Part shown: piece after piece, positions 49,100-58,573 of the stretch | How the letters are laid out: each line of letters starts with the position of its first letter | How positions within the stretch are numbered: position 1 is the first letter of the stretch | NCBI GenBank assembly: GCA_963422645.2 | Contig: CAXXVO010000009.1 | Location: forward strand, 96,001-160,000 | Direction of reading: 5' to 3' | Source: Alphaproteobacteria bacterium | GTDB lineage: Bacteria > Pseudomonadota > Alphaproteobacteria > UBA828 | Length of the DNA: 64,000 bases | The notes under the pieces: generated by a model | Told to the model about the DNA's origin: nothing | What the model saw: the letters and a program-made list of their open reading frames with translations, nothing else | Databases searched by the model: none | Made by a program: the position numbers and the translations under genes

Positions 49100-51535
49100 A
49101 TGAGCACGCTCGGCACAGCGTTGGAACGAGTCGAGGATGCGGCGCTGCTCATGGGCTGCGGCCGCTATATCGACGACATGCCGGTTGCGCCCGGCACGGG
49201 CCACGCCGCCATCCTGCGCTCGCCCCACCCCCATGCGCGCCTCTTGAGCATCGACACGGCGGCGGCAGAGGCGCTGCCGGGCGTGCATGCCGTGGTCAGG
49301 GGAGAGGACGCGCGCGCCTGGTCCACGCCCTTCCTTGTTGGTGTGCGCCAGCCCATGGAGCACTGGTGCATCGCCACCGACCGGGTGCGCTACGCCGGCG
49401 AGCCGGTGGCCATCGTGGTGGCGGAGGACCGCTACCGCGCCGAGGACGCGCTCGTGCTCATCGACGTGCGCTACGAGCCGCTGGACGCCATCGTCGATCC
49501 CGAGGCAGCGCTTGGCGCAGATGCGCCCGTGCTGCACGAGGCTGTCGGCAGCAACCTCATCAGCGAGCGGAGGTTCCGCTACGGCGAGCCGGAGGCGGCG
49601 TTCGAGGCGGCGGCGCACAAGGTCGCGACCACGGTGCGCTACCCGCGCAATTCCTGCACCCCCATCGAGTGCCTCGGCCTGATCGCCGCCTACGACCCAG
49701 GCGAGGACGCCTACGACGTGCTCTCTCACTTCCAAGGGCCACTCACGCTGCATCCGGTCATGGCGCGGGCGCTCAAGGTGCCGGGGCCGCGCTTCCGGCT
49801 GCGCTCTGTACCGGATTCCGGCGGCAGCTTCGGGGTCAAGCAGGCGGTCTTCCCTTACATCGTCGCGATGGCGCTGGCGGCGCGAAAGGCCGCGCGGCCG
49901 GTCAAGTGGATCGAGGATCGGCTGGAGCATCTGCTGGCGGCCACCTCGGCGACCAACCGGGTGACGCGGATCGAGGCGGCTGTGGAGGCGAACGGCAGGG
50001 TCACGGCGCTCCGCCTCGACCAGCTCGAGGATTGCGGCGCCTACCTGCGCGCGCCCGAGCCCGCGACGCTTTACCGCAACCACGGCAACCTCACGGGCCC
50101 CTATCAGATCGCCCATCTCGCGGTGAGGAACCGTGTGGTCGTGACCAACAAGACGCCCACAGGGCTCAACCGGGGTTTTGGGGGACCGCAGCTCTACTAC
50201 GCGCTGGAGCGGCTGATGCAGCGCGTCGCCACAACCTTGAGCCTCGATCCGCTGGCGGTGATCCGGCGCAATCTGGTGCCGGCCGACGCCATGCCCTATC
50301 GCGCCGCCGCCGGCGCGGTGCTCGATGCCGGCGACTTTCCCGCCACCGTGGATTACGGCGCCGTCGAGGGAGCGCTCGACGCGCTGCGCGCCAAGCGCGA
50401 CGCGGCGCGGGCGGAGGGGCGGCTCTACGGTATCGGCTTCGCCGCCGCGGTGGAATCCAGCATCTCCAACATGGGCTACATCACCACCGTGCTCAGCGCC
50501 GAAGAACGCCGCAAGGCGGGACCCAAGGACGGCGCCGTCAGCTACGCCACGGTGGCGGTGGATCCTCTCGGCGCCGTGACCGTGACCGCCGATTCGATCC
50601 CGCAGGGTCAGGGCCACCGCACGGTGCTGGCGCAGGTGGTGGGCGACGCGCTGGGCCTCGCGCCGGAGCAGATCACGGTCGCACTGGAGCACGACACCCA
50701 GCGGGACCCATGGTCCATCGCCGCCGGCAACTATTCGAGCCGTTTCTCGGGCGCGGTCGCGGGTACCGCGCACCTCGCGGCGGTACGGGTGCGCGAGCGC
50801 CTCGCGCGGATCGCAAGCCAGCAGCTCAACGCGCGGCCTGAGGACGTGCGCTTCGAGCAGGGGCGCATCTTCGCCGCCGGCAACCCGGGCAACGATCTCG
50901 ACTTCCGCCGGGTGGCGTCGCTCGCCCACTGGTCGCCGGGCAGCCTTCCGGAGGGCGTGCCCCCTGCGCTGCGCGAGACCGCGCGCTGGACCCCGCCGGA
51001 GCTCACGCCGCCCGATGAGGACGACCGGGTCAACAGCTCGGCGGCCTACAGCTTCATCTTCGATTTCTGCGGGGTGGAGGTCGACCGTGCGACCGGCGCC
51101 GTCGCCATCGACCGCTACGCCACCACCCACGACGCCGGCCGTCGCCTCAACCCGGCGCTGGTGGACGGCCAGATTCGAGGCGCCTTCGCCCACGCGGTGG
51201 GCGCTGCGCTCTACGAGGAACTCGCCTATTCCGAGGACGGCAGCTTCCTCTCGGGCACCCTTGCCGATTACCTGGTGCCGACCGCCTGCGAGGTGCCGGA
51301 CCCGCTCATCCTGCACCGCGACACCCTGAGCCCGGTGACGCCGCTCGGCGCCAAGGGCGTCGGCGAAGGCAACTGCATGACCACGCCCGTCTGCCTCGCC
51401 AACGCCGTGGCGGACGCGCTGGGAGCGGAGTGCCTGGACCTGCCGCTCACGCCGGCCCGCATCGGCGCCTTGATCCACGGGCCCGAGAGGCCAGAGCCGG
51501 CGGCCACGGGTTTGGAACAGAACTCAGGGCTATAG
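49100..51535 (+). CDS. hmfA: Molybdenum hydroxylase large subunit, 2-furoyl-CoA dehydrogenase-like
   Basis: SGGSFGVK, RGFGGPQ, QGQGHRT, GNYSSR, GAKGVGEG; hmf-like gene context. Confidence 0.8.
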   Translation: MSTLGTALERVEDAALLMGCGRYIDDMPVAPGTGHAAILRSPHPHARLLSIDTAAAEALPGVHAVVRGEDARAWSTPFLVGVRQPMEHWCIATDRVRYAGEPVAIVVAEDRYRAEDALVLIDVRYEPLDAIVDPEAALGADAPVLHEAVGSNLISERRFRYGEPEAAFEAAAHKVATTVRYPRNSCTPIECLGLIAAYDPGEDAYDVLSHFQGPLTLHPVMARALKVPGPRFRLRSVPDSGGSFGVKQAVFPYIVAMALAARKAARPVKWIEDRLEHLLAATSATNRVTRIEAAVEANGRVTALRLDQLEDCGAYLRAPEPATLYRNHGNLTGPYQIAHLAVRNRVVVTNKTPTGLNRGFGGPQLYYALERLMQRVATTLSLDPLAVIRRNLVPADAMPYRAAAGAVLDAGDFPATVDYGAVEGALDALRAKRDAARAEGRLYGIGFAAAVESSISNMGYITTVLSAEERRKAGPKDGAVSYATVAVDPLGAVTVTADSIPQGQGHRTVLAQVVGDALGLAPEQITVALEHDTQRDPWSIAAGNYSSRFSGAVAGTAHLAAVRVRERLARIASQQLNARPEDVRFEQGRIFAAGNPGNDLDFRRVASLAHWSPGSLPEGVPPALRETARWTPPELTPPDEDDRVNSSAAYSFIFDFCGVEVDRATGAVAIDRYATTHDAGRRLNPALVDGQIRGAFAHAVGAALYEELAYSEDGSFLSGTLADYLVPTACEVPDPLILHRDTLSPVTPLGAKGVGEGNCMTTPVCLANAVADALGAECLDLPLTPARIGALIHGPERPEPAATGLEQNSGL

Positions 51536-51581
51536 CGCCCCGTTGTCGAAGTTCGTATCCACTCGCGCACCATCACATCAC

Positions 51582-51678
51582 GTCATGGCCGGGCTTGTCC
51601 CGGCCATCCATGGCATCGTCTCGCCGTCTCGGGGAAGGGCGCAACCACATGGATGCCCGGATCAAGTCCGGGCATGAC
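51582..51678. repeat. Rhizobiales-type REP doublet
   Basis: GTCATGGCCGGGCTTGTCCCGGCCATCCA ... TGGATGCCCGGATCAAGTCCGGGCATGAC. Confidence 0.85.
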
Positions 51679-51695
51679 AGCGTGTGTGTGGTTAA

Positions 51696-53313
51696 CCCCA
51701 ATTATTCACGGCGTGTCTGATTTTGGGGTGGCGGACGTAGCGTAAGCCGTTGCCATCGGGTAGGAATTCGTTGTCCGAGCGTCTTCCTCTCCGAACAACG
51801 AAAACGCCACGCCCGCCATGACCGACGATAGCCTTCTCCCCTTCGATCTGCCAAGCGTCCAACGCAAGAAGGTGAGTGCCGCCTTCGATGGTGGCCTGAT
51901 CTCGTCTGACGGCGGCCTCGTCCTGTTGCGCGGGGCGGAGCGCCGCTTGCGCCTCGCCGAGACCCTGGCAGGCTGCATCCGCGACCGGCGCAATCAGGCG
52001 CAGGTGGTCCACTCGCTCTCGGCCATGCTGCGCTTTCGCATGCTGGCGATCGCCTGCGGTTACGAGGATGCCGACGACTGCGACGCGCTCCGCACGGACC
52101 CCCTGTTCAAGCTCGCCGCGGGCCAGGCGCCGGAGAGCGGGGGCGCGCTCTGCTCGCAGCCGACCATGAGCCGCCTGGAGAACGCACCGTCCCGCATCGA
52201 GGTGGCGCGCATGACGGCGGCGCTGGTCGATCTCTTCTGCCGCTCCTTTCCCGCCCCTCCCGCCGCCATCACCCTGGATATCGACGACACCTGCGATGCC
52301 GTGCACGGCCACCAGCAGCTCTCGCTCTTCCACGCCCATTACGACACGCGCTGCTTTCTCCCCGTCCACGTCTACCATGTGGAGAGCGGCAAGCCGGTGG
52401 CGGTCCTCCTGCGCCCGGGAAAGACGCCGTCCGGGCCTGAGGTCCGCACCCTGCTGAAGCATCTGGTCCGCCGTATACGCCGCCACTGGCCCCGCACCCG
52501 GCTCACCTTCCGCGGAGATTCCCACTACGGCCGCCCGCAGGCCATGGCCTGGTGCGAGGAGAACGGCGTCGACTACATCTTCGGCCTCGCGGGCAATCGC
52601 GCGCTGCATGCCCTCGCCTACGAGGTGGCCGACGACCTCAAGGTGCGCCGCGCCGAGGCCGGCGCAGACAGGATGCGCAGCTTCGCCGCCTTCGCCTACG
52701 CCGCCCGCTCCTGGGGCCGCGAACGCCGGGTCGTCGCCAGGCTAGAGGCGAGCACGCGCGGCTTCGACGCCCGCTATATCGTCACCTCGCTCAGCGGCGA
52801 GCCCCGCCATCTCTACGAAGTCCTCTACTGCGCCCGCGGCCAGGCCGAGAACCTGATCAAGCTGCACAAGGGCCAGCTCGCCTCGGACCGGACCTCTTGC
52901 CAAAGCCCGCTCGCCAACCAGCTCAGGCTGGTCCTGCACACCGGCGCCTACTGGCTCATGCTCGCCCTGCGCGACGCCATTCCCCGTGCTGCGCCGCTCG
53001 CCCGCGCCGAGTTCGCCACTCTCAGGCTGCGCCTGCTCAAGATCGGTGCCCGCGTCATCGAAAAGGCCGCCCGCATCCGTATCCACTTCTCCTCTGCCTG
53101 CCCGGACGCCGCCCTCTTCCGCCTGCTCGCAGGGCGCCTCGCAGCAGCAGGCCCCTGACCGCCGGGGCGCCGTGCCCCGTAAACCCGAACTCCCCCTCAA
53201 CCCCCAACGCCTGTCACAACAAAGCTCGAAACCGGATGCCTATGGCGTCAGGGGGAAAGCTCACGCCGTGCCATCGTGACCTCCAAAGGCAACGCAGGAT
53301 GAAGTAGGTCAGG
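51696..53313 (+). mobile_element. IS1380-family insertion sequence
   Basis: Ends CCCCAATTATTCAC / ATGAAGTAGGTCAGG; TTAA direct repeat at 51692-51695 and 53314-53317. Confidence 0.88.
51818..53158 (+). CDS. IS1380-family transposase
   Basis: FDGGLISSDGG, GYEDADD, SQPTMSRLEN, LDIDDT, RGDSHY, RGQAENLIK. Confidence 0.95.
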   Translation: MTDDSLLPFDLPSVQRKKVSAAFDGGLISSDGGLVLLRGAERRLRLAETLAGCIRDRRNQAQVVHSLSAMLRFRMLAIACGYEDADDCDALRTDPLFKLAAGQAPESGGALCSQPTMSRLENAPSRIEVARMTAALVDLFCRSFPAPPAAITLDIDDTCDAVHGHQQLSLFHAHYDTRCFLPVHVYHVESGKPVAVLLRPGKTPSGPEVRTLLKHLVRRIRRHWPRTRLTFRGDSHYGRPQAMAWCEENGVDYIFGLAGNRALHALAYEVADDLKVRRAEAGADRMRSFAAFAYAARSWGRERRVVARLEASTRGFDARYIVTSLSGEPRHLYEVLYCARGQAENLIKLHKGQLASDRTSCQSPLANQLRLVLHTGAYWLMLALRDAIPRAAPLARAEFATLRLRLLKIGARVIEKAARIRIHFSSACPDAALFRLLAGRLAAAGP

Positions 53314-53407
53314 TTAAATCGCTCGGAGAGCGCGCGGAGCGGTTCACCTGGATCCGAACCTCAAGAACCGCACAACTATTCCGACCCGTCGATTCTCGCG
53401 CTCTTCT

Positions 53408-53557
53408 TCAAGCGCTCAGGCAGCCTTCGACCGCCTCATAGAGGTTGCTCAGCAGTTCCTCGAAGGTCTCGCCCTGCGTCGCGCAGCCGGGGATTGCGGG
53501 CACCTCGGCCCAGTATCCCCCCTCTTCCGCCTCATGCACGATCACCTTCAATTTCAT
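53408..53557 (-). CDS. hicB: Short HicB-family antitoxin (no hicA nearby)
   Basis: HEAEEGGYWAEVPAIPGCATQGETFEEL..NL.EAV. Confidence 0.85.
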   Translation of the reverse strand: MKLKVIVHEAEEGGYWAEVPAIPGCATQGETFEELLSNLYEAVEGCLSA

Positions 53558-53647
53558 GGCTCGCTCCTCGCGGATACCGCCCTGCCGGCGGGCTCGGGGG
53601 ACCGCGCCATGATACCAACGCGCCCCCGATCCGGGTATAGGGACGCC

Positions 53648-54475
53648 ATGAAGCCTGCGCCCTTCGATTATCTGCGGCCGGACGACGAGGAGGAGGCGCT
53701 GGAGGCCCTTGCCGAGGCGGGGGACGACGCGCGGCTGCTCGCCGGTGGCCAGACTCTGATGCCGATGCTCAACATGCGGCTGGTGGAGCCGGCGGTGCTG
53801 ATCGATATCTCTCGCCTGTCGGGACGCGCCGGTATCTGCGACGACGGGAGCCACATCGAGGTCGGTGCGGCAGCGACCCAGGCCGATCTGGAGACCTGGC
53901 CCGCACTCGGCCGGCGCGCGCCGCTGCTGGCCCAGGCGTTGCCCCTGTTGGGCCACGTGCAGACCCGGAGCCGGGGCACGGTGTGCGGCTCCATCGCGTT
54001 CGCCGACCCGAGCGCGGAACTGCCGCTCTGCCTGGCCGTGCTGGGGGGCGAGGTCATGTTGCGCTCGCGCGCGGAAACGCGAACGCTGCAAGCCGCCGAG
54101 TTCCAGACCGGGATGCTGTCCACCGCGTGCCGCGAGGACGAGATGGTGGCGGCGGTGCGCTTCCCTACCGCAGAGCCGGGCGCGGGCTACGCCTTCACCG
54201 AGTTCGCGCGCCGGCACGGGGACTTCGCCATCGTCGCCGTTGCCGCCATCGCGCAGGCGAAGGGCATCAGGATCGGTGTGGGCGGTGTCGCCGAGAAGCC
54301 GGCGGTGGAGGAGTGGCCGGCACTTGCCGGCAGCGCCCTGGACGATGCGCTGAACGCGCTGGCCTGGTCGCTGGATGCCGCCGACGATGTCCACGCCAGC
54401 GGCCGCTACCGGCGCGAGCTGGTACGAAATCTCGGCAAGCAGGTGGTGCTCGCGGCGCAGGAGGCGCGGCCGTGA
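53648..54475 (+). CDS. hmfB: Molybdenum hydroxylase FAD subunit (HmfB-like)
   Basis: MKPAPFDY.RP, LAGGQTL.PMLNMRL, RGTVCGSIA.ADP.AE. Confidence 0.82.
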   Translation: MKPAPFDYLRPDDEEEALEALAEAGDDARLLAGGQTLMPMLNMRLVEPAVLIDISRLSGRAGICDDGSHIEVGAAATQADLETWPALGRRAPLLAQALPLLGHVQTRSRGTVCGSIAFADPSAELPLCLAVLGGEVMLRSRAETRTLQAAEFQTGMLSTACREDEMVAAVRFPTAEPGAGYAFTEFARRHGDFAIVAVAAIAQAKGIRIGVGGVAEKPAVEEWPALAGSALDDALNALAWSLDAADDVHASGRYRRELVRNLGKQVVLAAQEARP

Positions 54476-54972
54476 AGCGGCTCGGCCAGGAGAGCCGCCA
54501 TCGGGTGGCGCTCACCCTCAACGGCCGCGAAGCCCAAGGCTGGGCGGAACCGCGCATGCTGCTGAGCGATTTCCTGCGCCACGAACTCGGTGCCACCGGC
54601 ACTCACGTGGGCTGCGAGCACGGGGTCTGCGGCGCCTGCACGGTGCGCCTCGACGGGGCCCCGGCGCGGGCCTGCCTGACGCTCGCGGTGCAGGCAGCGG
54701 GCCGGCGCGTGGACACGGTGGAGGGGTTGGCGCCGGAGGGCGAGCTGAACGACCTGCAGAAGGCGTTCCGCCGCCACCACGCGCTGCAATGCGGCTTCTG
54801 CACCGCCGGCATCCTGATGTCCCTCGACGCCTGGCTCGAAAGCCGGCCCACGCCGGACGAGGGCGAAGTCCGGGCGCTGCTCAGCGGCCACCTTTGCCGC
54901 TGCACCGGCTATTCGGGGATCGTCGCGGCGGCGCTGGACGTCGCGGAAGCGCGGCGGCGCGGGGATGACTGA
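54472..54972 (+). CDS. hmfC: Molybdenum hydroxylase 2Fe-2S subunit (HmfC-like)
   Basis: GCEHGVCGAC, QCGFC, LCRCTGY. Confidence 0.85.
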   Translation: MKRLGQESRHRVALTLNGREAQGWAEPRMLLSDFLRHELGATGTHVGCEHGVCGACTVRLDGAPARACLTLAVQAAGRRVDTVEGLAPEGELNDLQKAFRRHHALQCGFCTAGILMSLDAWLESRPTPDEGEVRALLSGHLCRCTGYSGIVAAALDVAEARRRGDD

Positions 54973-56509
54973 TCTGGGCCGCACGCTGATCGCGGCGGCG
55001 GAGCGGAACCCCCGTGCGCTTGCCGTGGTCGATGGCGAGCGGCGCTTCGACTATGCCGCGTGGCTCGATAGGGCCGCGCGCCTCGCCGCGGGCCTCGGCG
55101 GCCTCGGGCTCGCGCAGGGCGACCGGCTCGCGGTCATCATGCAAAACCGGTGGGAGATGGCGGCGCTCCACTGGGCCAGTCAGCTTGCGGGCGTCGTCGT
55201 GGTGCCGCTCAACTGGCGAAGCGGTGCGGAGGAACTGGATTACTTCCTTGAGGATTCGGGGGCTGCGGCCTTGGCGTTCGACGAGAGTGCTGCGGCTGCC
55301 GTTGCGGGCTCGGCCTGCGCGGTCCAGCTCCGCCGTATCGCGGTGGGCGCCTCTCCCGGCGGCACGGTCGATTTCGGCGACCTGCTGGCGGCCCCGGCAG
55401 AGGCCACGCCGCGCGCAGGCGAAGACGACCTCTCGCTCATGCTCTACACGTCGGGCACCACCGGGCGCGGCAAGGGCGTGCCGCGCACGCACCGCGCCGA
55501 GCGTGCCTCGGCACTCGCCCACATCGCGCAGAACTGCTATCGCGCGGGCGAGCGCACGCTCGGCGTCATGCCGCTCTACCACACCATGGGCGTGCGCTCG
55601 CTGCTCGCGATGGCGCCGGTGGGCGGTGCCTTCGTCTGCCAGCAGCGCTTCGACGCGGCCGGTGCGCTGCGGCTAATCGAGGCGGAGCGGATCACCGCCC
55701 TCTACCTGGTGCCGACGCTCTACTACGACCTGCTGAGCAGCCCGGGGTTCGACGGCGCTGATGTCTCCTCGGTGCGCAAGCTGGGATTCGCCGGGGCGCC
55801 GATGGCCGAGGGGCTGCTGCGCCGGGTCGCCGATGCCTTCCGGCCCGAGCTCTTCGTCAACCACTACGGCTCGTCGGAAATCTACACCTTCACCATCGAC
55901 CAGAACGCGGCGGCCAAGCCGGGCTCGGCGGGCAAGGCAGGCATCAATCAGCGCATCCGCGTGGTCGAGATCGGCACCGACGACCCGGAGCGCACCGTCG
56001 ACGCGGGCGTCGAAGGCGAGGTGATCGCGAGCCTGGAGAGCGAGGAAGCCTTCGCGGGCTACTGGCAGCGGCCGGACGCGGACGCGCGCGCGCTGAAGCA
56101 GGGCTGGTATTTCACCGGCGATGTCGGCTATTGCGACGGCGACGGCGATCTCTTCGTGACGGGGCGGGTCGACGACATGGTGATCACCGGCGGCGAGAAC
56201 GTGCTGCCCGCCGAAATCGAGAGCGTGCTCTCGGTCCACCCGGCGGTGGCGGAGGCGGCGGTCGCGGGGCTCGCGGACGAACGCTGGGGGCAGAAGGTCG
56301 CGGCCTTCGTGGTGCGTAGCGGCATGGTGGACGCGGCGGCGCTCGACGCACACTGCCGCGCCTCGGTGCTCGCCGACTTCAAGCGGCCGCGCGCCTACGT
56401 CTTCGTCCGCGCCATCCCGAAGTCCCCGGTAGGCAAGGTGCTGCGGCGCAAGCTGATCGCGGGCGAGTACGACGAGGACAGTGAGTGCGGGGGCGGGAGA
56501 GGCGCGTGA
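54965..56509 (+). CDS. hmfD: Acyl-CoA ligase, 2-furoate--CoA ligase-like
   Basis: YTSGTTGRGKGV, VNHYGSSE, FTGD, GRVDDM, PKSPVGK. Confidence 0.8.
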   Translation: MTDLGRTLIAAAERNPRALAVVDGERRFDYAAWLDRAARLAAGLGGLGLAQGDRLAVIMQNRWEMAALHWASQLAGVVVVPLNWRSGAEELDYFLEDSGAAALAFDESAAAAVAGSACAVQLRRIAVGASPGGTVDFGDLLAAPAEATPRAGEDDLSLMLYTSGTTGRGKGVPRTHRAERASALAHIAQNCYRAGERTLGVMPLYHTMGVRSLLAMAPVGGAFVCQQRFDAAGALRLIEAERITALYLVPTLYYDLLSSPGFDGADVSSVRKLGFAGAPMAEGLLRRVADAFRPELFVNHYGSSEIYTFTIDQNAAAKPGSAGKAGINQRIRVVEIGTDDPERTVDAGVEGEVIASLESEEAFAGYWQRPDADARALKQGWYFTGDVGYCDGDGDLFVTGRVDDMVITGGENVLPAEIESVLSVHPAVAEAAVAGLADERWGQKVAAFVVRSGMVDAAALDAHCRASVLADFKRPRAYVFVRAIPKSPVGKVLRRKLIAGEYDEDSECGGGRGA

Positions 56510-57297
56510 CAACCAAAAGTCCTCTTGACGATCTCGACGGTTTCCGGGTGGAGGTCGACCACGCGGCGGCGCGCGCCGACATCGTGCTCGACCGCCCGCC
56601 GCTCAACGTCGTGCGCATGCCGCAGCGGGACCAGCTTGCCGCCGTCTTCGCCGCGCTCGATGCCGACGAGGCCGTGCGCGTGATCGTGCTCCGGGCTGAG
56701 GGGAAGCACTTTTCCAGCGGCGGCGACATCCCCGGCTTCATGACGCGCGCGCCGGAGCAGCTCGCGGTACTGGCGCGCAACGTGGCTGCGCCGGAGCGCT
56801 GTCGCCAGCCGGTGATCGCGGCGATCCACGGCTACTGCTTCGGCGTCGCGTTCGAGCTGTCGCTGGCCTGCGACTTCCGCATCGTGACGGAGAGCGCGCT
56901 GCTCGGGCTGCCGGAGCAGCGAATCGGCATGATCCCGGGCTCCGGCGGCTCGGCCCGGCTGGCCCGGATGATCGGCATCGGGCGCACCAAGGATATGGTG
57001 ATGCGGGCGAGGCGGCTCGCGGGCGCGGAAGCGCATGTCTGGGGCATCGCGCTCGACTGCGTGCCGGAGGATCGGCTTGCGGCCGTGACCGACGCGCTGG
57101 TGGACGAGCTCAAGGCGTTCTCGCCGCTCGCCCAGCGCACCGCGAAGAAGCTCCTCAACGAGGCCGAGGACGCGCCGCTCAGCGTCGCCATCGCCCTGGA
57201 AGGCGAGGCCTATGGTAGGCTGCGCTCATCGGCCGACTTCGCGGAAGGCGTCGCTTCCTTCACTGAAAAGCGCAAGCCGGTCTTCAAGGGAGAGTAG
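56506..57297 (+). CDS. hmfE: Crotonase-family enzyme, 2-oxoglutaroyl-CoA hydrolase-like
   Basis: FSSGGDI, GYCFGVAFELSLACD, LPEQRIGMIPGSGG. Confidence 0.8.
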   Translation: MTTKSPLDDLDGFRVEVDHAAARADIVLDRPPLNVVRMPQRDQLAAVFAALDADEAVRVIVLRAEGKHFSSGGDIPGFMTRAPEQLAVLARNVAAPERCRQPVIAAIHGYCFGVAFELSLACDFRIVTESALLGLPEQRIGMIPGSGGSARLARMIGIGRTKDMVMRARRLAGAEAHVWGIALDCVPEDRLAAVTDALVDELKAFSPLAQRTAKKLLNEAEDAPLSVAIALEGEAYGRLRSSADFAEGVASFTEKRKPVFKGE

Positions 57298-57304
57298 CGG
57301 TCGC

Positions 57305-58573
57305 ATGGACGACGCACCGCCCCCCGCAGCGACGGGCGCCGACACGGACGTGTCGGAAGGTTCGGCTTCGCCCGCCCGCCTCCGGCGCTTTCACCTCGAT
57401 CCGGTGGGCGGCATCGCCGGCGACATGTTCGCCGCGGCGCTGCTCGACGCCCGGCCCGCGCTTGCCGACGGCCTGCGCGCGACACTTGCCGGCCAGGACT
57501 TGCCGGCCTCTGTCGAGATCGCCATCGACCCGCATCGGGATTCGGCGCTGGCCGGTGTGCGCTTCAACGTGACGGCGCCGGAAGACGACGGGCACGGCCA
57601 CGTGCGGCTGGCGGAGGTGCGCGCGCGGCTGGAGGCCGCCCGCATCGAGCCTGCCCTGCGCTCGCGGGCGCTCGCGATCTTCGTGTTGCTCGCCGAGGCC
57701 GAAGGCGCGGTGCACGGGGTGGACCCGGCGGAGGTCACCTTCCACGAGGTGGGTGAGTGGGATGCGACCGTCGATATCGTCGCTGCCGCATACCTGATCG
57801 AGGCGCTGGGCCCGGCCCGCTGGTCCGTCGGTCCCGTCCCGCTTGGCTCGGGCCGGGTGCGCTGCGCTCACGGCCTGCTGCCGGTGCCGGCGCCTGCCGT
57901 GGTGCATCTCCTGCGGGGGCTGGTCACACACGACGACGGCATCGAGGGCGAGCGGGTGACGCCCACCGGCGCGGCCATTCTCAAGCATCTTGCGCCGGAC
58001 CCGGCGCCGGCAAGAGCGCCGGAGACGCTGGCGGGCGTCGGCACAGGCTTCGGCAGCCGCGCCTTGCCCGGCCTCAGCAACGTGCTGCGCGTTCTGGAGT
58101 TCGCGCCCGTCGCGCCGGCCGCAAGGCAGGAAGGGGTCGCGGTGCTGCGCTGCGAGATCGACGACCAGACACCGGAAGACCTCGCATTGGGTCTCGATCG
58201 TCTGCGGTCGCGCCCCGGCATCCTCGATGTCCTGCAATGGCCGGCCTACGGCAAGAAGGGCCGTATGGTGGCCGCGGTCCAGGTGCTTGCCGAGGCGGAC
58301 GCGCTCGACGGGGCGCTCGATGCGGTCTTTGACGAGACCACCACGCTCGGCGTGCGCTGGTCCACGGTTGCCCGCAGCGCGCTCGCGCGGGATGCGGCCT
58401 CCCACAGCGATGCGCTCGGCACGGTCCGGGTGAAGCGCGCGCGCCGGCCGGCGGGCACCGTGACCGCCAAGGCGGAGCTCGACGACCTCGCAGGCAGCGC
58501 GGGCCACGCGGTGCGCGAAGAGCGCCGGCGCGATGCGGAGGCAGCGGCGCGTGGACGGGGCGGCGATGACTGA
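57305..58573 (+). CDS. larC: Nickel-pincer cofactor nickel insertase LarC
   Basis: GGIAGDM, AEAEG.VHG..FHEVG.WD..VDI, CAHGLLPVPAPA, TPTGAA, ETTTLGVR. Confidence 0.92.
   Translation: MDDAPPPAATGADTDVSEGSASPARLRRFHLDPVGGIAGDMFAAALLDARPALADGLRATLAGQDLPASVEIAIDPHRDSALAGVRFNVTAPEDDGHGHVRLAEVRARLEAARIEPALRSRALAIFVLLAEAEGAVHGVDPAEVTFHEVGEWDATVDIVAAAYLIEALGPARWSVGPVPLGSGRVRCAHGLLPVPAPAVVHLLRGLVTHDDGIEGERVTPTGAAILKHLAPDPAPARAPETLAGVGTGFGSRALPGLSNVLRVLEFAPVAPAARQEGVAVLRCEIDDQTPEDLALGLDRLRSRPGILDVLQWPAYGKKGRMVAAVQVLAEADALDGALDAVFDETTTLGVRWSTVARSALARDAASHSDALGTVRVKRARRPAGTVTAKAELDDLAGSAGHAVREERRRDAEAAARGRGGDD

Noticed and set aside
48851-51478. 875-aa minus-strand ORF (likewise 18175-20097, 22976-24649, 57284-58828, 62093-63829)
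   Set aside because: Antisense shadows of well-supported genes with no recognisable motifs.
53311-53317. AGGTTA at the IS1380 right end as another element A target
   Set aside because: Formed by the IS1380 terminus plus its TTAA duplication; no element A IR is present.
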